NCBI GenBank assembly: GCA_035193785.1
Contig: CP136572.1
Span: 96,001-160,000 of the forward strand
DNA: 64,000 nt
Origin: Planktothrix sp. GU0601_MAG3
GTDB lineage: Bacteria > Cyanobacteriota > Cyanobacteriia > Cyanobacteriales > Microcoleaceae
Direction of reading: 5' to 3'
Position numbers and translations under genes: made by a program. Of the stretch, positions 44,663-56,506 are shown piece by piece. The notes under the pieces are model-generated. The model saw only the letters and a program-made list of their open reading frames with translations, was not told where the DNA came from and did no database searches. The stretch's first letter is position 1. Each line of letters starts with the position of its first letter.

Positions 44663-45461
44663 TTAAAAATGTGACCCTGATTCTGCCAATTGCAATCGAT
44701 TTTTAACAGAAGAATTACTATTCAAAACCCGGGCTAAAATTTGTTCAACTAATCGTCCAAAAACAGGATCTCCGCGATGGCGAGGACGAGAAAGGGGAAT
44801 ATCGACATCCATCGTGACTCGTCCTGCTTCTAATAACAAAACTCGATCTGCTAAAACCACCGCTTCTTCCACATCATGGGTAATTAACAAAGTCGTAAAC
44901 TGCTTTTCTAACCACAATTGTTCAATCAAAGATTGCATTTCAATTCGAGTTAAAGCATCTAACGCCCCCAAGGGTTTCATCGAGAAGCAGTAAACGGGGT
45001 TGACTGACTAACGCCCGGGCTAAGGCCACCCGTTGCCGTTGTCCCCCCGACAAAACCGCGATCCAGTCCTGGGATCTATCCGCTAAACCCACCTGTGTCA
45101 GCATTTCTAAGGCTTTGGGCTTCCAGTCCCCCCGCAGTCCTAAACCGACATTTTCCAATACCCGACGCCACAATAAGAGACGGGAATCTTGGAACATGAC
45201 TCTGGCGGAGGGATTTAGTTGATGTAGGGGTTCTCCATCGACTAATACACCCCCAGAAGTGGGACGATCTAACCCAGAAATTAATCGTAATAAGGTACTT
45301 TTTCCGCAGCCACTACGCCCGACAATGGCAACAAATTCTCCGGGTTTAATTTCTAAGTCTAAATGGGATAAAACAGAGGTTTTACCAAAGGATTTACTTA
45401 ATCCTAAAAGTTTCAGATCTGCCCCTCTAATTTCTGTGTTCATGCTGTATATTTCCCTCAT
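44663..45461 (-). CDS. ssuB: Aliphatic sulfonate ABC transporter ATPase, frameshift near 44975
   Basis: [34 protein letters not shown]. Confidence 0.92.
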
Positions 45462-45465
45462 ATTT

Positions 45466-46245
45466 CTATTGATAACTCGGATGCCATTGCAATAATTTGG
45501 CTTCTAATCCACAGGCGATCGCATCGGCTAATTTTCCGAGTAAGGCGTACATGAGAATACTTAAAACCACAACATCGGTTTGCATAAATTCCCGGGCATT
45601 CATCGCCATGTAACCAATTCCTGAATTAGCGGCAATGGTTTCAGCAACAATCAAGGTTAACCACATAATTCCTAATCCATAGCGCACCCCAACTAAAATT
45701 GAAGGCAAGGCCCCGGGTAGAATGACTTGCCAAAATAAACCCCAAGGACTTAAGCCATAAACTTTTCCCATTTCAATTAATCCCGAATCCACGGTTTTAA
45801 TCCCATGCCAAGTATTAATATAAAGGGGAAAAAATACACCAAAAGAAACTAAAAAAAGTTTAGCTTCTTCCCCAATGCCAAACCAGAGAATTACTAAAGG
45901 AATTAAGGCTAAATGCGGAATATTTCTGACCATTTGCACCGAAGTATCCAGGAGTCGGTCAGCCCGGAGAGAAATACCATTCAGCAAGCCCAAACCGACC
46001 CCGATTATTCCCCCAACAATGAATCCAGCGATCGCCCGTTGGGTACTAATCAAAATATGCTTGAACAATTCACCACTTAAGGTTAATTTAATCGCGGCTT
46101 GTACCACATCGGTCGGGGCGGGTAAAACCCGATTGGATAACCAACCTATTTGAGATAAAAATTGCCAAATCAGCAAGAATCCCACAGGCACAAGCCAAGG
46201 AATAATCGGATGATTCAAAGATTTTTTTAACCCTTTTGTAGCCAT
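45466..46245 (-). CDS. ssuC: Aliphatic sulfonate ABC transporter permease
   Basis: [30 protein letters not shown]. Confidence 0.94.
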   Translation of the reverse strand: MATKGLKKSLNHPIIPWLVPVGFLLIWQFLSQIGWLSNRVLPAPTDVVQAAIKLTLSGELFKHILISTQRAIAGFIVGGIIGVGLGLLNGISLRADRLLDTSVQMVRNIPHLALIPLVILWFGIGEEAKLFLVSFGVFFPLYINTWHGIKTVDSGLIEMGKVYGLSPWGLFWQVILPGALPSILVGVRYGLGIMWLTLIVAETIAANSGIGYMAMNAREFMQTDVVVLSILMYALLGKLADAIACGLEAKLLQWHPSYQ

Positions 46246-46248
46246 AAT

Positions 46249-47406
46249 TTAGGAAGCCGTAGGAGTAGTAATTTTTTGTGAACTAGGACGGCGCTCATTA
46301 CCAATAATTTCGCCAAAAGGACTCATCATATTAGTCTCTAAAGAAGGAGGTTGATAGTCTAAAGGCAGATGGGGAAATAATAATTCTGCAACCCGATAGG
46401 CTTCTTCTAAATGGGGATAACCGGAGAAAATAAAGGTTTCAATTCCCAATTTTTGATATTCCAACATCCGTTTAACCACGGTATCGGCATCCCCGACTAA
46501 AGCCGTACCCGCCCCGCCCCGGACTAACCCCACACCCGCCCACAAATTCGGGCTAATTTCCAGGGCGGTTTTTGAGCCCCCATGGAGTTCGCTCATCCGT
46601 CGTTGTCCCTCGGAGTCGGTACGAGATAGGGCTTTTTGGGCATCTGCGATCGCCTGATCATCCACATATTCAATCAATTCATTCGCCGCATCCCAAGCTT
46701 GATTTAAGGTACGGCGGACAATGACGTGGAGACGAATGCCAAACTTGAGGGTACGACCTTGGGCTTCCGCTAATTGACGCATCTGGGCAATTTTTGCCGC
46801 TACCTGGGCCGGGGGTTCTCCCCAGGTCAAATACACATCAATTTGTTTGGCCGCGACCTCCATAGCTGCGGGGGATGAACCCCCAAACCACAAGGGCGGA
46901 TGGGGAGTTTGCACGGGCGGAAATAGCAATTTTGCCCCTTGAATATCCAGATATTTCCCCTTAAAATCCACGGTTTCTCCAGCCATTACCCCGCGCCAAA
47001 CCTGGAGAAATTCATCGGTTAACTGATAACGGTCATCATGGGACAAATACAGACCTTCCCCCGCCATTTCCACGGGATCGCCTCCGGTGACGACATTCAC
47101 CAGTAACCGCCCCCCAGAGAGGCGATCAAAGGTGGCGGCCATTCTTGCCACGGTGCTAGGGGTGGTCATCCCGGGACGCAGGGCGACTAAGAATTTCATC
47201 CGTTGGGTCACAGAAATTAGGGACGAGGCCGCAATCCAAGCATCTTCACAGGAGCGTCCCGTGGGAATTAGTGCCCCGGTGTAGCCCAGGTGATCAACGG
47301 CTTGGGCAATTTGTTGTAAATAGTCCAGATTAACGGCTCGTCCGCCATAGCTGGTTCCTAAATAACGTCCGTCTCCGTGAGTGGGAAAAAACCAAAGAAT
47401 TTGCAT
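46249..47406 (-). CDS. ssuD: FMNH2-dependent alkanesulfonate monooxygenase
   Basis: [45 protein letters not shown]. Confidence 0.96.
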   Translation of the reverse strand: MQILWFFPTHGDGRYLGTSYGGRAVNLDYLQQIAQAVDHLGYTGALIPTGRSCEDAWIAASSLISVTQRMKFLVALRPGMTTPSTVARMAATFDRLSGGRLLVNVVTGGDPVEMAGEGLYLSHDDRYQLTDEFLQVWRGVMAGETVDFKGKYLDIQGAKLLFPPVQTPHPPLWFGGSSPAAMEVAAKQIDVYLTWGEPPAQVAAKIAQMRQLAEAQGRTLKFGIRLHVIVRRTLNQAWDAANELIEYVDDQAIADAQKALSRTDSEGQRRMSELHGGSKTALEISPNLWAGVGLVRGGAGTALVGDADTVVKRMLEYQKLGIETFIFSGYPHLEEAYRVAELLFPHLPLDYQPPSLETNMMSPFGEIIGNERRPSSQKITTPTAS

Positions 47407-47473
47407 TTTTTATTCCTAAAATTTTCAATTCCGAGAAACAGTTATCAGTCAGAATAATTAAGACTTGTTAACT

Positions 47474-47549
47474 GGTACAGACGCGCCATGGCACGTCTCT
47501 ACACTATTAACTATTAACTATTAACTGATAACTATTAATTGTTAACTGA
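47474..47549. repeat. REP-like palindrome followed by heptamer (ACTATTA/ACTGATA) repeats
   Basis: GTACAGACGCGCCATGGCACGTCTCTAC, then repeated ACTATTA. Confidence 0.7.
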
Positions 47550-48618
47550 TTAGGACAGATTTTTAACCACCGATTGAATACTGATTTCTTTAGGAATGAG
47601 TTTTAATCGGTAAAATGTATCGGCAATTTTTTGCTGACCAGCAATTGTTTCGGGACTCAATGGATCAACACTATAAGCGCGTCGTTTTTCGGCTAATAAC
47701 AAGGAATCAACATCAATTCCCGTTTCTTTAGATAGAAATTCTGCTACTTTTTGGGGGTTATTTTGTGCCCATTGGCTGGTAGTTTTTAGTTCTTCTAATA
47801 TGGCAGTAATTACTGGGGAATTTTGATCAACAAACTTTTGAGATGCCAAGAAAAAGCCTCGGTTTTCCACTAATCCTGTACCATCGGCTAAAATTCTTGC
47901 CCCAATAGCGGTTTCGGCAACGGCTAAATAAGGATCCCAAATCACCCAAGCATCAACACTTCCTTGTTCAAAGGCAGCCCGGGCATCGGCCGGAGGCAGA
48001 AACACCGGAGTAATATCGGTATATTCCAACCCGGCATTTTCTAAGGCTGCTACCAGTAAATAATGCACATTGGAACCTTTATTTAAGGCAACTTTTTTCC
48101 CTTTTAAATCCGCCACACTTTGAATTGTGGAATCCTTGGGAATTAAAATTGCTTCAGCTTTTGGCCCGGTAGGATCATAGGCAATATAAACTAAGGGTGC
48201 ATTCGCTGCTTGCGCAAAAATTGGCGGGGTTTCTCCGGTATAACCAAAGTCAATTTGTCCGACATTTAAACCTTCTAAAATTGCTGGGCCAGCCGAAAAT
48301 TCTGACCATTGAACTGTTATCCCCTGGGGTTGTAAACGTTTTTCTAAAGTTTCCTTGGGATTTTAAGGTGTTGAGGAGGGTAGCGGATTTTTGATAGCCA
48401 ATTCTAACCACTGCACTTGAGGGTGTGGCCGTGTTAGCTGCTACAGGGGTTGGGGTACTAGCAGAATTTCCGCTACTGCAAGCGGCTAAGGCAAAACTTA
48501 AGCACAAACTCCCAGCGAATAAACCCATAAAACGTAGAATAGAACGGCGTTTCATGGCTTTTGAGAAAAGTTGCAGCCATAAAGGAATGTTTAACCGTGC
48601 AGACCATTTAGTGATCAA
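47550..48618 (-). CDS. ssuA: Aliphatic sulfonate ABC substrate-binding lipoprotein, frameshifted at 48250-48350
   Basis: Lipobox LAAC, VRIGYQK, KGSNVHYLL, DARAAFEQGSVDAWVIWDPY. Confidence 0.9.
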
Positions 48619-48722
48619 GATTCTTACCTCTGTACAGAATTCATCATAAATCGATAGGAAAAGCGTACTACGATTTCAATTGAATTTCAATACATTTGTA
48701 AATTAATTTATTTTCAGACGGA

Positions 48723-48814
48723 CAGGACTTACGCAAAACAACCATATCTAGTAGGGGCGAATGGCCATTCGCCCCTACAGATGGTGTATAATTGGGTATT
48801 CTGCGTAAGTCCTG
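48723..48814. mobile_element. 92-bp MITE with 13-bp TIRs and 5-bp target-site duplication
   Basis: CAGGACTTACGCA...TGCGTAAGTCCTG flanked by ACGGA/ACGGA; internal GTAGGGGCGAATGGCCATTCGCCCCTAC palindrome. Confidence 0.85.
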
Positions 48815-48976
48815 ACGGATTTAGCCACAACTTCCCAACCCCAGATAGCTACCTGGACAGGTCAGGACTTAGGTATCAAACCCAGCAATAGTTATGTTTT
48901 CTGGATGAACTGAATTCAGGGTACAATCAACTCAAAAGCATATCTTTAAATGAAGCGTTAACCTAAACTGTTTATT

Positions 48977-50734
48977 ATGACATCTACAATAGAACTTCTC
49001 AAGATTAAATTTAATCAAGCATTAGTAGCGGCATTTGGTGAAGATTTTGCCACAATTGATCCGATGGTGGTGGCCTCAACCAATCCTAAATTTGGTGATT
49101 ATCAGTGTAATTTGGCGATGTCTTTAACTAAACCGTTAAAAAGTAATCCTCGGGCGATCGCAACTCAAATTATAGACCATTTAATTATTGATGAAATTTG
49201 CGAAACTCCTGAAATTGCTAGCCCTGGTTTTATTAATTTACGTTTAAAAACCGACTATTTACAAATACAGTTACAAAAAATGTTAGGGGATGAACGTTTA
49301 AACATTCCCAAAGTAAACCCTAACCAAAAAATGATTGTAGATTTTTCTAGTCCGAATATTGCTAAAGAAATGCACGTCGGACATCTGCGATCTACAATTA
49401 TTGGAGATAGTATTGCCCGGGTTTTAGAATTTCAAGGACATGAGGTTTTACGTCTCAACCATGTTGGGGACTGGGGAACTCAATTTGGAATGTTAATTAC
49501 CTATTTAAGAGAGGTTTATCCCGAAGCATTAACCACAGCAGATGCTTTGGTTTTAGGGGATTTAGTGGAATTTTATCGTCAAGCTAAGGTTAGATTTGAT
49601 CAGGATGAAACCTTTAAGGAAACCTCCCGCCAAGAAGTTGTGCGGCTACAAGCGGGGGCGGAAGATAGCCGTCGGGCGTGGCAATTATTATGTGAACAAT
49701 CTCGGCGAGAATTTCAGTTAATTTATGATGATTTGGGGATTAAATTAAGCGAAAGAGGAGAATCTTTTTATAATCAATTTTTACCCCAAATTGTTCAAGA
49801 ATTAGATAAAATCGGATTATTAGTTGAAAATCAAGGAGCAAAATGTGTCTTTTTAGAAGGTTTTACCAATAAAGAAGGAGAACCTTTACCCTTAATTGTG
49901 CAGAAATCCGATGGCGGTTATAATTATGCTACAACGGATTTAGCCGCGTTAAGACATCGGATTGAAACCGAGAAAGCTACCCGCATTATTTATGTCACCG
50001 ATGCTGGACAAACCAACCATTTTATGCAGTTTTGGCAAGTAGCAAAACGGGCGGGTTGGATACCAGAAAATGTCGAATTAGTTCATGTTGCTTTTGGAGT
50101 TGTGAAAGGGGAAGATGGCAAAAAATTAAAAACTCGTTCCGGGGAAACCGTGCGTTTAAGAGAATTATTAGATGAGGCGGTCAATTATGCTAAAAAAGAT
50201 TTAGAAACCCGCATCAAAACAGAAGGACGCACGGAAACCCAAGAGTTTATTGATCATGTTGCGGAAGTTGTGGGTTTGAGTGCGGTTAAATATGCAGATT
50301 TAAGCCAAAATCGTACCAGTGATTATATTTTTAGTTTTGATAAAATGTTATCATTACAGGGAAATACGGCTCCCTATATGCTCTATGCCTATGTCAGAAT
50401 TCAAGGAATTAGTCGTAAGGGAAATATTGATTGGCAAAAGTTAGAAACGGATATTCAACTGGTTTTAGAAGCAGATGAAGAAATAGTTTTAGCCAAACAT
50501 CTGTTACAATTGCAGGCAATTTTAGAGGAAGTTGCTCAAGATTTATTTCCTAACCGTTTATGTCAATATTTATTTGAATTAAGCCAAAAATTCAATCAAT
50601 TTTATGAACAATGTGCCGTTGTCAAAGCCGAAGAACCTCAACGGACTTCCCGTTTGGCATTATGTGATTTAACTGCAAAAACCTTAAAATTAGGGTTATC
50701 TTTGTTAGGAATTTCTGTCTTAGAACGAATGTAA
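48977..50734 (+). CDS. argS: Arginine--tRNA ligase
   Basis: [48 protein letters not shown]-terminus. Confidence 0.97.
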   Translation: MTSTIELLKIKFNQALVAAFGEDFATIDPMVVASTNPKFGDYQCNLAMSLTKPLKSNPRAIATQIIDHLIIDEICETPEIASPGFINLRLKTDYLQIQLQKMLGDERLNIPKVNPNQKMIVDFSSPNIAKEMHVGHLRSTIIGDSIARVLEFQGHEVLRLNHVGDWGTQFGMLITYLREVYPEALTTADALVLGDLVEFYRQAKVRFDQDETFKETSRQEVVRLQAGAEDSRRAWQLLCEQSRREFQLIYDDLGIKLSERGESFYNQFLPQIVQELDKIGLLVENQGAKCVFLEGFTNKEGEPLPLIVQKSDGGYNYATTDLAALRHRIETEKATRIIYVTDAGQTNHFMQFWQVAKRAGWIPENVELVHVAFGVVKGEDGKKLKTRSGETVRLRELLDEAVNYAKKDLETRIKTEGRTETQEFIDHVAEVVGLSAVKYADLSQNRTSDYIFSFDKMLSLQGNTAPYMLYAYVRIQGISRKGNIDWQKLETDIQLVLEADEEIVLAKHLLQLQAILEEVAQDLFPNRLCQYLFELSQKFNQFYEQCAVVKAEEPQRTSRLALCDLTAKTLKLGLSLLGISVLERM

Positions 50735-50735
50735 T

Positions 50736-50816
50736 ATGGGTAATGGGTAATGGGTAATGGGTAATGGGTAATGGGTAATGGGTAATGGGTAATGGGTAAT
50801 GGGTAATGGGTAATGG
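50736..50816. repeat. Heptamer repeat (ATGGGTA)x~11
   Basis: Read directly. Confidence 0.95.
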
Positions 50817-50827
50817 CAAGAGTTTAC

Positions 50828-51167
50828 CTCCCCTGCTCCCTCTGCTCCCCTGCTCCCTCTGCTCCCCTGCTCCCCCTGCTCCCTCTGCTCCCCTGCTCCC
50901 CCTGCTCCCTCTGCTCCCCTGCTCCCCTGCTCCCCCTGCTCCCTCTGCTCCCCCTGCTCCCTCTGCTCCCCTGCTCCCCCTGCTCCCTCTGCTCCCCTGC
51001 TCCCTCCGCTCCCCCTGCTCCCTCCGCTCCCCCTGCTCCCTCCGCTCCCCCTGCTCCCTCCGCTCCCCCTGCTCCCTCTGCTCCCCCTGCTCCCCCTGCT
51101 CCCCCTGCTCCCTCTGCTCCCCCTGCTCCCCCTGCTCCCCCTGCTCCCCCTGCTCCCCCTGCCTCCC
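50828..51167. repeat. Pyrimidine-rich degenerate tandem repeat (CTCCCCTG / CTCCCCCTG / CTCCCTCTG units)
   Basis: ~340 bp with almost no A, between convergent argS and cupin genes. Confidence 0.93.
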
Positions 51168-51671
51168 TACTCCGGGGTTAATGTTAAAATAATATCTGTG
51201 GAATCTGGAAATTTCTGGAGTAGTTCATCTCGATTTGCTAATTGAAATTCAGCAAAATCAAACCCGGGTGCAACAGTGCAACCGACAAAACTATAGGAAC
51301 TTTCAGAATTGGGATAACCCCCAAACCACCATCCCGCAGGAACCACAAACTGTACTTGTTCTCCTGCTAAAATATCAGAACCCAGAATAATTTTCTGCAC
51401 GCCATAATCTTCGTGAATTAAAATTAAAGTCATGGAAACCCCCTAAATAAAAATGCCACATTTCATCGGATTGAATTCGATGTAAACAGGATTTTGTTCC
51501 CTGGGGTAATAGAAAATAAATTCCTGTACAATAGTTGCGATCGCCTTTAAAATTACCAGGTAAAGCACTGTGGGGAATTACCCCATCTGAACGATAGGTT
51601 TCTCGAAAATAACCGCCTTCAGGATGGGGAATAAGCTGATATTTTTCAATTAATTCTTCTACAGTCATCAT
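51167..51671 (-). CDS. Cupin_5 (DUF985) protein, frameshift near 51438
   Basis: [35 protein letters not shown]. Confidence 0.9.
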
Positions 51672-51758
51672 AAATTAAAGATCACAGCGAATAGAAAAAT
51701 TTTACATTTAGGACAGCCATATACACTGTCGCTAAAAGTTAGTTAATTTGTTATGAAA

Positions 51759-53258
51759 CTAGAAAGACCAACCTAATCCTAAACGCATTCCTTGTGAAGT
51801 CGTTTTAACAGTTGAGGTTCCAAAGTCTCCTTCTTTTGTAACTTTTAATTGATATAAACGATAGCCGGCGGATAAAGTTAAATCACGAGAAACTTGCCAA
51901 TCTAAACCGATGAGTAGATCCCAATTGACGGGAGCTTCACTTCCTCCGGTAATTGCAGTTCCCCCCCTTGTGGTAATCGCTAAATTATCAGCTAAATTGA
52001 GTTTAATTTGTGCTCCTAATGACGGATCAAACCAATCCGGTCGATAGTTAATATCTGGGCCAGGATCAAAACCAAAATCCGTATTCAGATAGCCAAAACG
52101 AGCACCACCATAAACTTCAAAATCAAGGGAAGGATAGACAGAATTAGGTTTTGAGGAATCTTTAACCGAGGTGAGAGGTAGGGTTCCTAAATGCCATGCG
52201 AGGGAGATTTCTGATGTTAATAATTCCGTATTAAAATCAATATCAATTTGTGAACCCTTCTCCGTCAAACCCAATTCAGTATAGACTCCCTGAAAGATTA
52301 ATCCGATATCCCCATTCCACGCTTCTAAACGAGTTCCTAACTCTAAAATTTTATCGAAATCCAGAATTTTTCCTAACCCTATATTAAAATCAACTTCAAT
52401 GGGAACTTGACCCGGAGGAACTCGATTGACAATTGTTTGTACCCCTTCTCGCACCTGAGTTTCTAAGCGTGCTGTTAGGTTTTGTCCCCGTTGTTGTAAA
52501 CGTTCTCGCACCTCTTGAGTAACGCGATCTTCTAATCGAGTATTACTCCGATCAAAAGGCAACCTTTCCAAAACACGATCAACAGCTTGTTCAATTAAAT
52601 CTTTCGGTAATTGATTTAAGATCCGATTAGTAATTTCCGCCGTAATTAAGTCTACTAAAACAACTCGATTAACGCTGGCTCCTTCTCCAACAATGGCATA
52701 ACCATCAATACTAAAAGGAACAAATAGCATGGGTTCAACTTTAAATCTCCATCCGTTGTCAGACTGAGTTTGTTCAGTTTCAGGAGTTGAATCTTCGGAT
52801 TTTTCAGCCGAGACTTCATTAACAATTTGATCAAAATTAATGGGATTTTGACTAAGTGTATTTTCCTTTAAATTAGACCAACTTGGAATAGGATTTCCTG
52901 ATAAAATTCCATGATTTTCTCTTGGTTGATCCAGTTGTAAATCTGCCGCATTACTGCTAGAATTTAAAAGGGTTGAATTCAGGTGAGAGAGTTTGAAATC
53001 CTCCGCATTGTGTACCGTTAATTGTTCTGAAGTTGGAAAAGCGGCGATCGCAATTTTTTCAACGGAAATGGGGTCTAACTCAACGGACAATTGATCGACG
53101 GAAAAATGCAAATCAGAATCAATCAAAAACTGATGCTGATCTTCTGAAAAAACAGAGGATAGGTTTTGATCAGAATCCAGATTAACAGAACTCGCCCAAG
53201 CGGGGGTAATAACTAGAAAAGTTAATAAACTGAAACAGGCAGTTAAAGCTGATTTCAT
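51759..53258 (-). CDS. Putative outer-membrane beta-barrel protein
   Basis: Signal peptide (PAWA), long acidic linker, amphipathic beta-strands, ends GMRLGLGWSF. Confidence 0.75.
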   Translation of the reverse strand: MKSALTACFSLLTFLVITPAWASSVNLDSDQNLSSVFSEDQHQFLIDSDLHFSVDQLSVELDPISVEKIAIAAFPTSEQLTVHNAEDFKLSHLNSTLLNSSSNAADLQLDQPRENHGILSGNPIPSWSNLKENTLSQNPINFDQIVNEVSAEKSEDSTPETEQTQSDNGWRFKVEPMLFVPFSIDGYAIVGEGASVNRVVLVDLITAEITNRILNQLPKDLIEQAVDRVLERLPFDRSNTRLEDRVTQEVRERLQQRGQNLTARLETQVREGVQTIVNRVPPGQVPIEVDFNIGLGKILDFDKILELGTRLEAWNGDIGLIFQGVYTELGLTEKGSQIDIDFNTELLTSEISLAWHLGTLPLTSVKDSSKPNSVYPSLDFEVYGGARFGYLNTDFGFDPGPDINYRPDWFDPSLGAQIKLNLADNLAITTRGGTAITGGSEAPVNWDLLIGLDWQVSRDLTLSAGYRLYQLKVTKEGDFGTSTVKTTSQGMRLGLGWSF

Positions 53259-53297
53259 TCGGTAGTTTCTACGGGTTTAAAGGTTTTTTAAAATCTA

Positions 53298-53736
53298 TTA
53301 AAAACTGAGGGATTTAACAATTACCCCAATAAAACTCACCAATCCAATCACAAATAAAGCAACCCCGATAATTTCTGTACTGTAAGATGCTTGATAAGTA
53401 TAACGCTCACTTTGAATTTGTTGAAGGAACCGACGATGTTCCCTCAATCCTAAAGCCATTCCTAACATTCCCGTCCCAATAAAAGACAATCCAACAATAA
53501 CAGAAAATCGAACAGGGTCAAGCTTAGAAATGGGGTGAGTTTGTTCAATAGTTTCTGACGATAGTAGGAATACCAAAGCCAAAACCAATTAACGACAGAG
53601 AAGTTCTGATCCAAGCCATTAAAGTCCGATCAGCGGCGGCGCGACTGCGGTATTTAGCAAGTTCAGTCCGATCTTCAGCTAAATCATTTGTGGAAGGTTG
53701 TTTAGGCGGATCTGTATTGATAGGCGATTGATTCAT
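53298..53736 (-). CDS. DUF202/YidH-family membrane protein, frameshift near 53560
   Basis: AADRTLMAWIRTSLSLIGFGF motif followed by two more TM helices. Confidence 0.85.
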
Positions 53737-53978
53737 AATGGGTTAGTTTATCTGGGGTAATGTCGCTTATGAACACTGAATTTTTATGAAAAATCTCAAT
53801 TTTCCACAAACATCTCAGGGGACAGCATTGAAATTACCAATGAGAAATCTAATATACATCAAAGTTAATTTAAAAACAAAAAATTTTAATTAAATTTCAA
53901 TTAAACTAGAATAACAAAGCAGAATGCTTTTTTGAGATGGCAAGCAATTGACACAAATTTGGAAGGGCTAAATTAGCT

Positions 53979-56349
53979 ATGACACAAAGCGATCGCATTC
54001 AACGCCAAATTTTACCCATACCCGATCAAACTAACTTCGGACTCACCACCTACGACGCCAAAAATCCCGATACCCACTATCCCCCCATTCGGGATTTACG
54101 CCCACCAGCAGGTGCGCCCAATGTATTGATTGTGCTGCTCGATGATGTCGGTTTTGGTGCTTCCAGTGCCTTTGGTGGCCCCTGCGCCACCCCCGCCTTC
54201 GAGAAACTCGCCTCCCAAGGGATTAAATACAACCGTTTTCACACCACCGCCCTCTGCGCTCCCACCCGTCAGGCATTACTCACCGGACGTAACCATCACT
54301 CCGTCGGTATGGGCAACATCACCGAAACCGCCACAGCAGCCCCGGGTCAATGCTCCGTGCGTCCCAACACCAAAGCACCCCTAGCCTTGACCCTGAAATT
54401 GAATGGTTACTCAACCTCGATGTTTGGCAAGTGTCATGAAGTCCCGGTCTGGCAAGCCTCACCCATGGGGCCCTTTGACGCTTGGCCCACGGGTGGGGGT
54501 GGGTTTGAATATTTCTACGGCTTCATTGGAGGCGAAAACAATCAGTGGGATCCAGCCTTGTACGAAGGTACGACTCCGATTGAACCTCCGGCTACCCCGG
54601 AAGAAGGCTATCACTTAACCGAAGACCTGGCAGATAAAGCGATTACTTGGGTGAGTCAGCAAAAAGCCCTGATGCCCGATAAGCCCTTCTTCATGTACTT
54701 TGCCCCCGGTGCGACCCACGCTCCCCACCATGTCCCCAAGGAATGGATCGAGAAGTACAAAGGCAAATTCGCCCACGGCTGGGATCGGCAACGGGAAATC
54801 ACCTTTGCCAAACAGAAGGAAACTGGGGGTAATTTCCCCCGATGCCGTGCTAACACCCCGCCATGCCGAGATTCCCGCCTGGGATGACATGGACTCCCAA
54901 CTCAAACCCGTGTTGGAACGCCAAATGGAGGTGTATGCCGCATTTTTAGAACACACCGACTATCACGTTGGCCGGCTGATCCAGAGTTTAGAGGATTTGG
55001 AGATTCTGGATGATACCCTCGTCTATGTGATTGTTGGCGATAATGGGGCTTCTGCTGAAGGTACGATTCACGGTGCCTTCAACGAGATGGCGAACTTCAA
55101 CGGCATGGCCGCCTTAGAAACCCCCGAATTCATGCTATCGAAATTAGATGATTTTGGTTCCCCCGACTCCTACAACCATTTTGGCGTGGGTTGGGCCTGG
55201 GCCATGGATACCCCCTATCAGTGGACGAAACAGGTCGCTTCTCACTGGGGCGGTACTCGCAACGGGACAATTGTTCGCTATCCCAAGGCCATTCAGGAAA
55301 AAGGCGGCCTTCGCAACCAGTTCACCCATGTCATTGATGTGGCTCCGACGGTGCTGGAAATCGCAGGTATTCCCGAACCCACAATGGTTAATGGCGTGTT
55401 GCAAAGCCCCTACGAAGGCACAAGCATGGCCTACAGTTTCAACGATGCCCAAGCCCCTGAACGCCATGATGTGCAGTATTTTGAGATGTTTGGCAACCGA
55501 GGCATCTACTACAAAGGTTGGAGTGCGATTACCAAACACCGCACCCCCTGGGTTATGGTGGGACAAAAGATGGTACCTTTTGACGAAGATGTTTGGGAAC
55601 TGTACGACGGCAGTAAGGACTGGACACAAGCCCATGATCTCTCTCAGGAGATGCCCCAGAAATTGTTTGAATTGCAGCGTCAATTTTTGATCGAAGCGGT
55701 GAAGTATAACGTTTTACCACTGGATGATCGGCAGACTGAACGAATTGATCCAACGACGGCGGGGCGACCTTCTCTGATCAAGGGTGACTCGCAAATCTTC
55801 TTTGCGGGTATGGGTCGTTTGTCAGAAAATAGCGTGATCAGTATGAAAAATAAGTCCTTCTCCATCACCGCCGAGATTGAGGTGAAAGACAAACCCGCCA
55901 ATGGAGTAATTATTGCTCAGGGGGGCAAGTTCGGGGGCTGGAGCGTCTACGCCAAGGATGGCAAACTCAAGTTTACCTACAATGTACTCGGCATCCATGA
56001 ATTTCCCACTGAAGCCACAACCCCGATTCCAGAAGGGAAACACCAAGTAAGGATGGAGTTTGCCTACGATGGCGGTGGTCTGGGTAAAGGTGGCAATGTC
56101 ACCCTCTACTATGATGGTCAGCCTGCGGGTAGCGGACGAGTTGAGGCAACCCAGCCGATGATTTTCTCGGCAGATGAAACCACCGACATCGGTTATGAAT
56201 CGGGTACTCCCGTCAGTCCTGATTACAACACCCATAGCAGCAAATTCACGGGCAAAATTCACTGGGTGCAACTGGATGTGGGCAAGGATGACCACGACCA
56301 CTTCATCTCCCCTGAAGAACGTCTGAGGGTGGCAATGGCGCGACAGTAG
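53979..56349 (+). CDS. Cys-type arylsulfatase, frameshift near 54821
   Basis: PNVLIVLLDDVG, CAPTRQALLTGR (CxPxR), FGKCH, GATHAPH, GDNGAS, C-terminal LamG-like region. Confidence 0.93.
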
Positions 56350-56506
56350 GCATACCCTAAGTCAGCGAACAACTCCTCAATATCTCCATTGAAAGTTGCT
56401 GCAAAAAGCATTCTTTTGTGAAACAAGAATCCCCCGTCACAACCTAAGTTTGACGGGGGAATGTCAACAATTGTTCACTCCAACACCAATTTCAAGTTCA
56501 ACTGAT

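Noticed and set aside
50806..51192. Pro/Leu/Ala/Cys-rich ORFs 50806-51192 and 50813-51181, and 50622-50819 (PITHYPL)n
   Set aside because: These are translations of simple tandem repeats that lack stop codons by composition.
54810..54830. Programmed frameshifting in the sulfatase or other split genes
   Set aside because: No consistent slippery heptamer or stimulatory structure; indels are spread window-wide, consistent with sequencing error.
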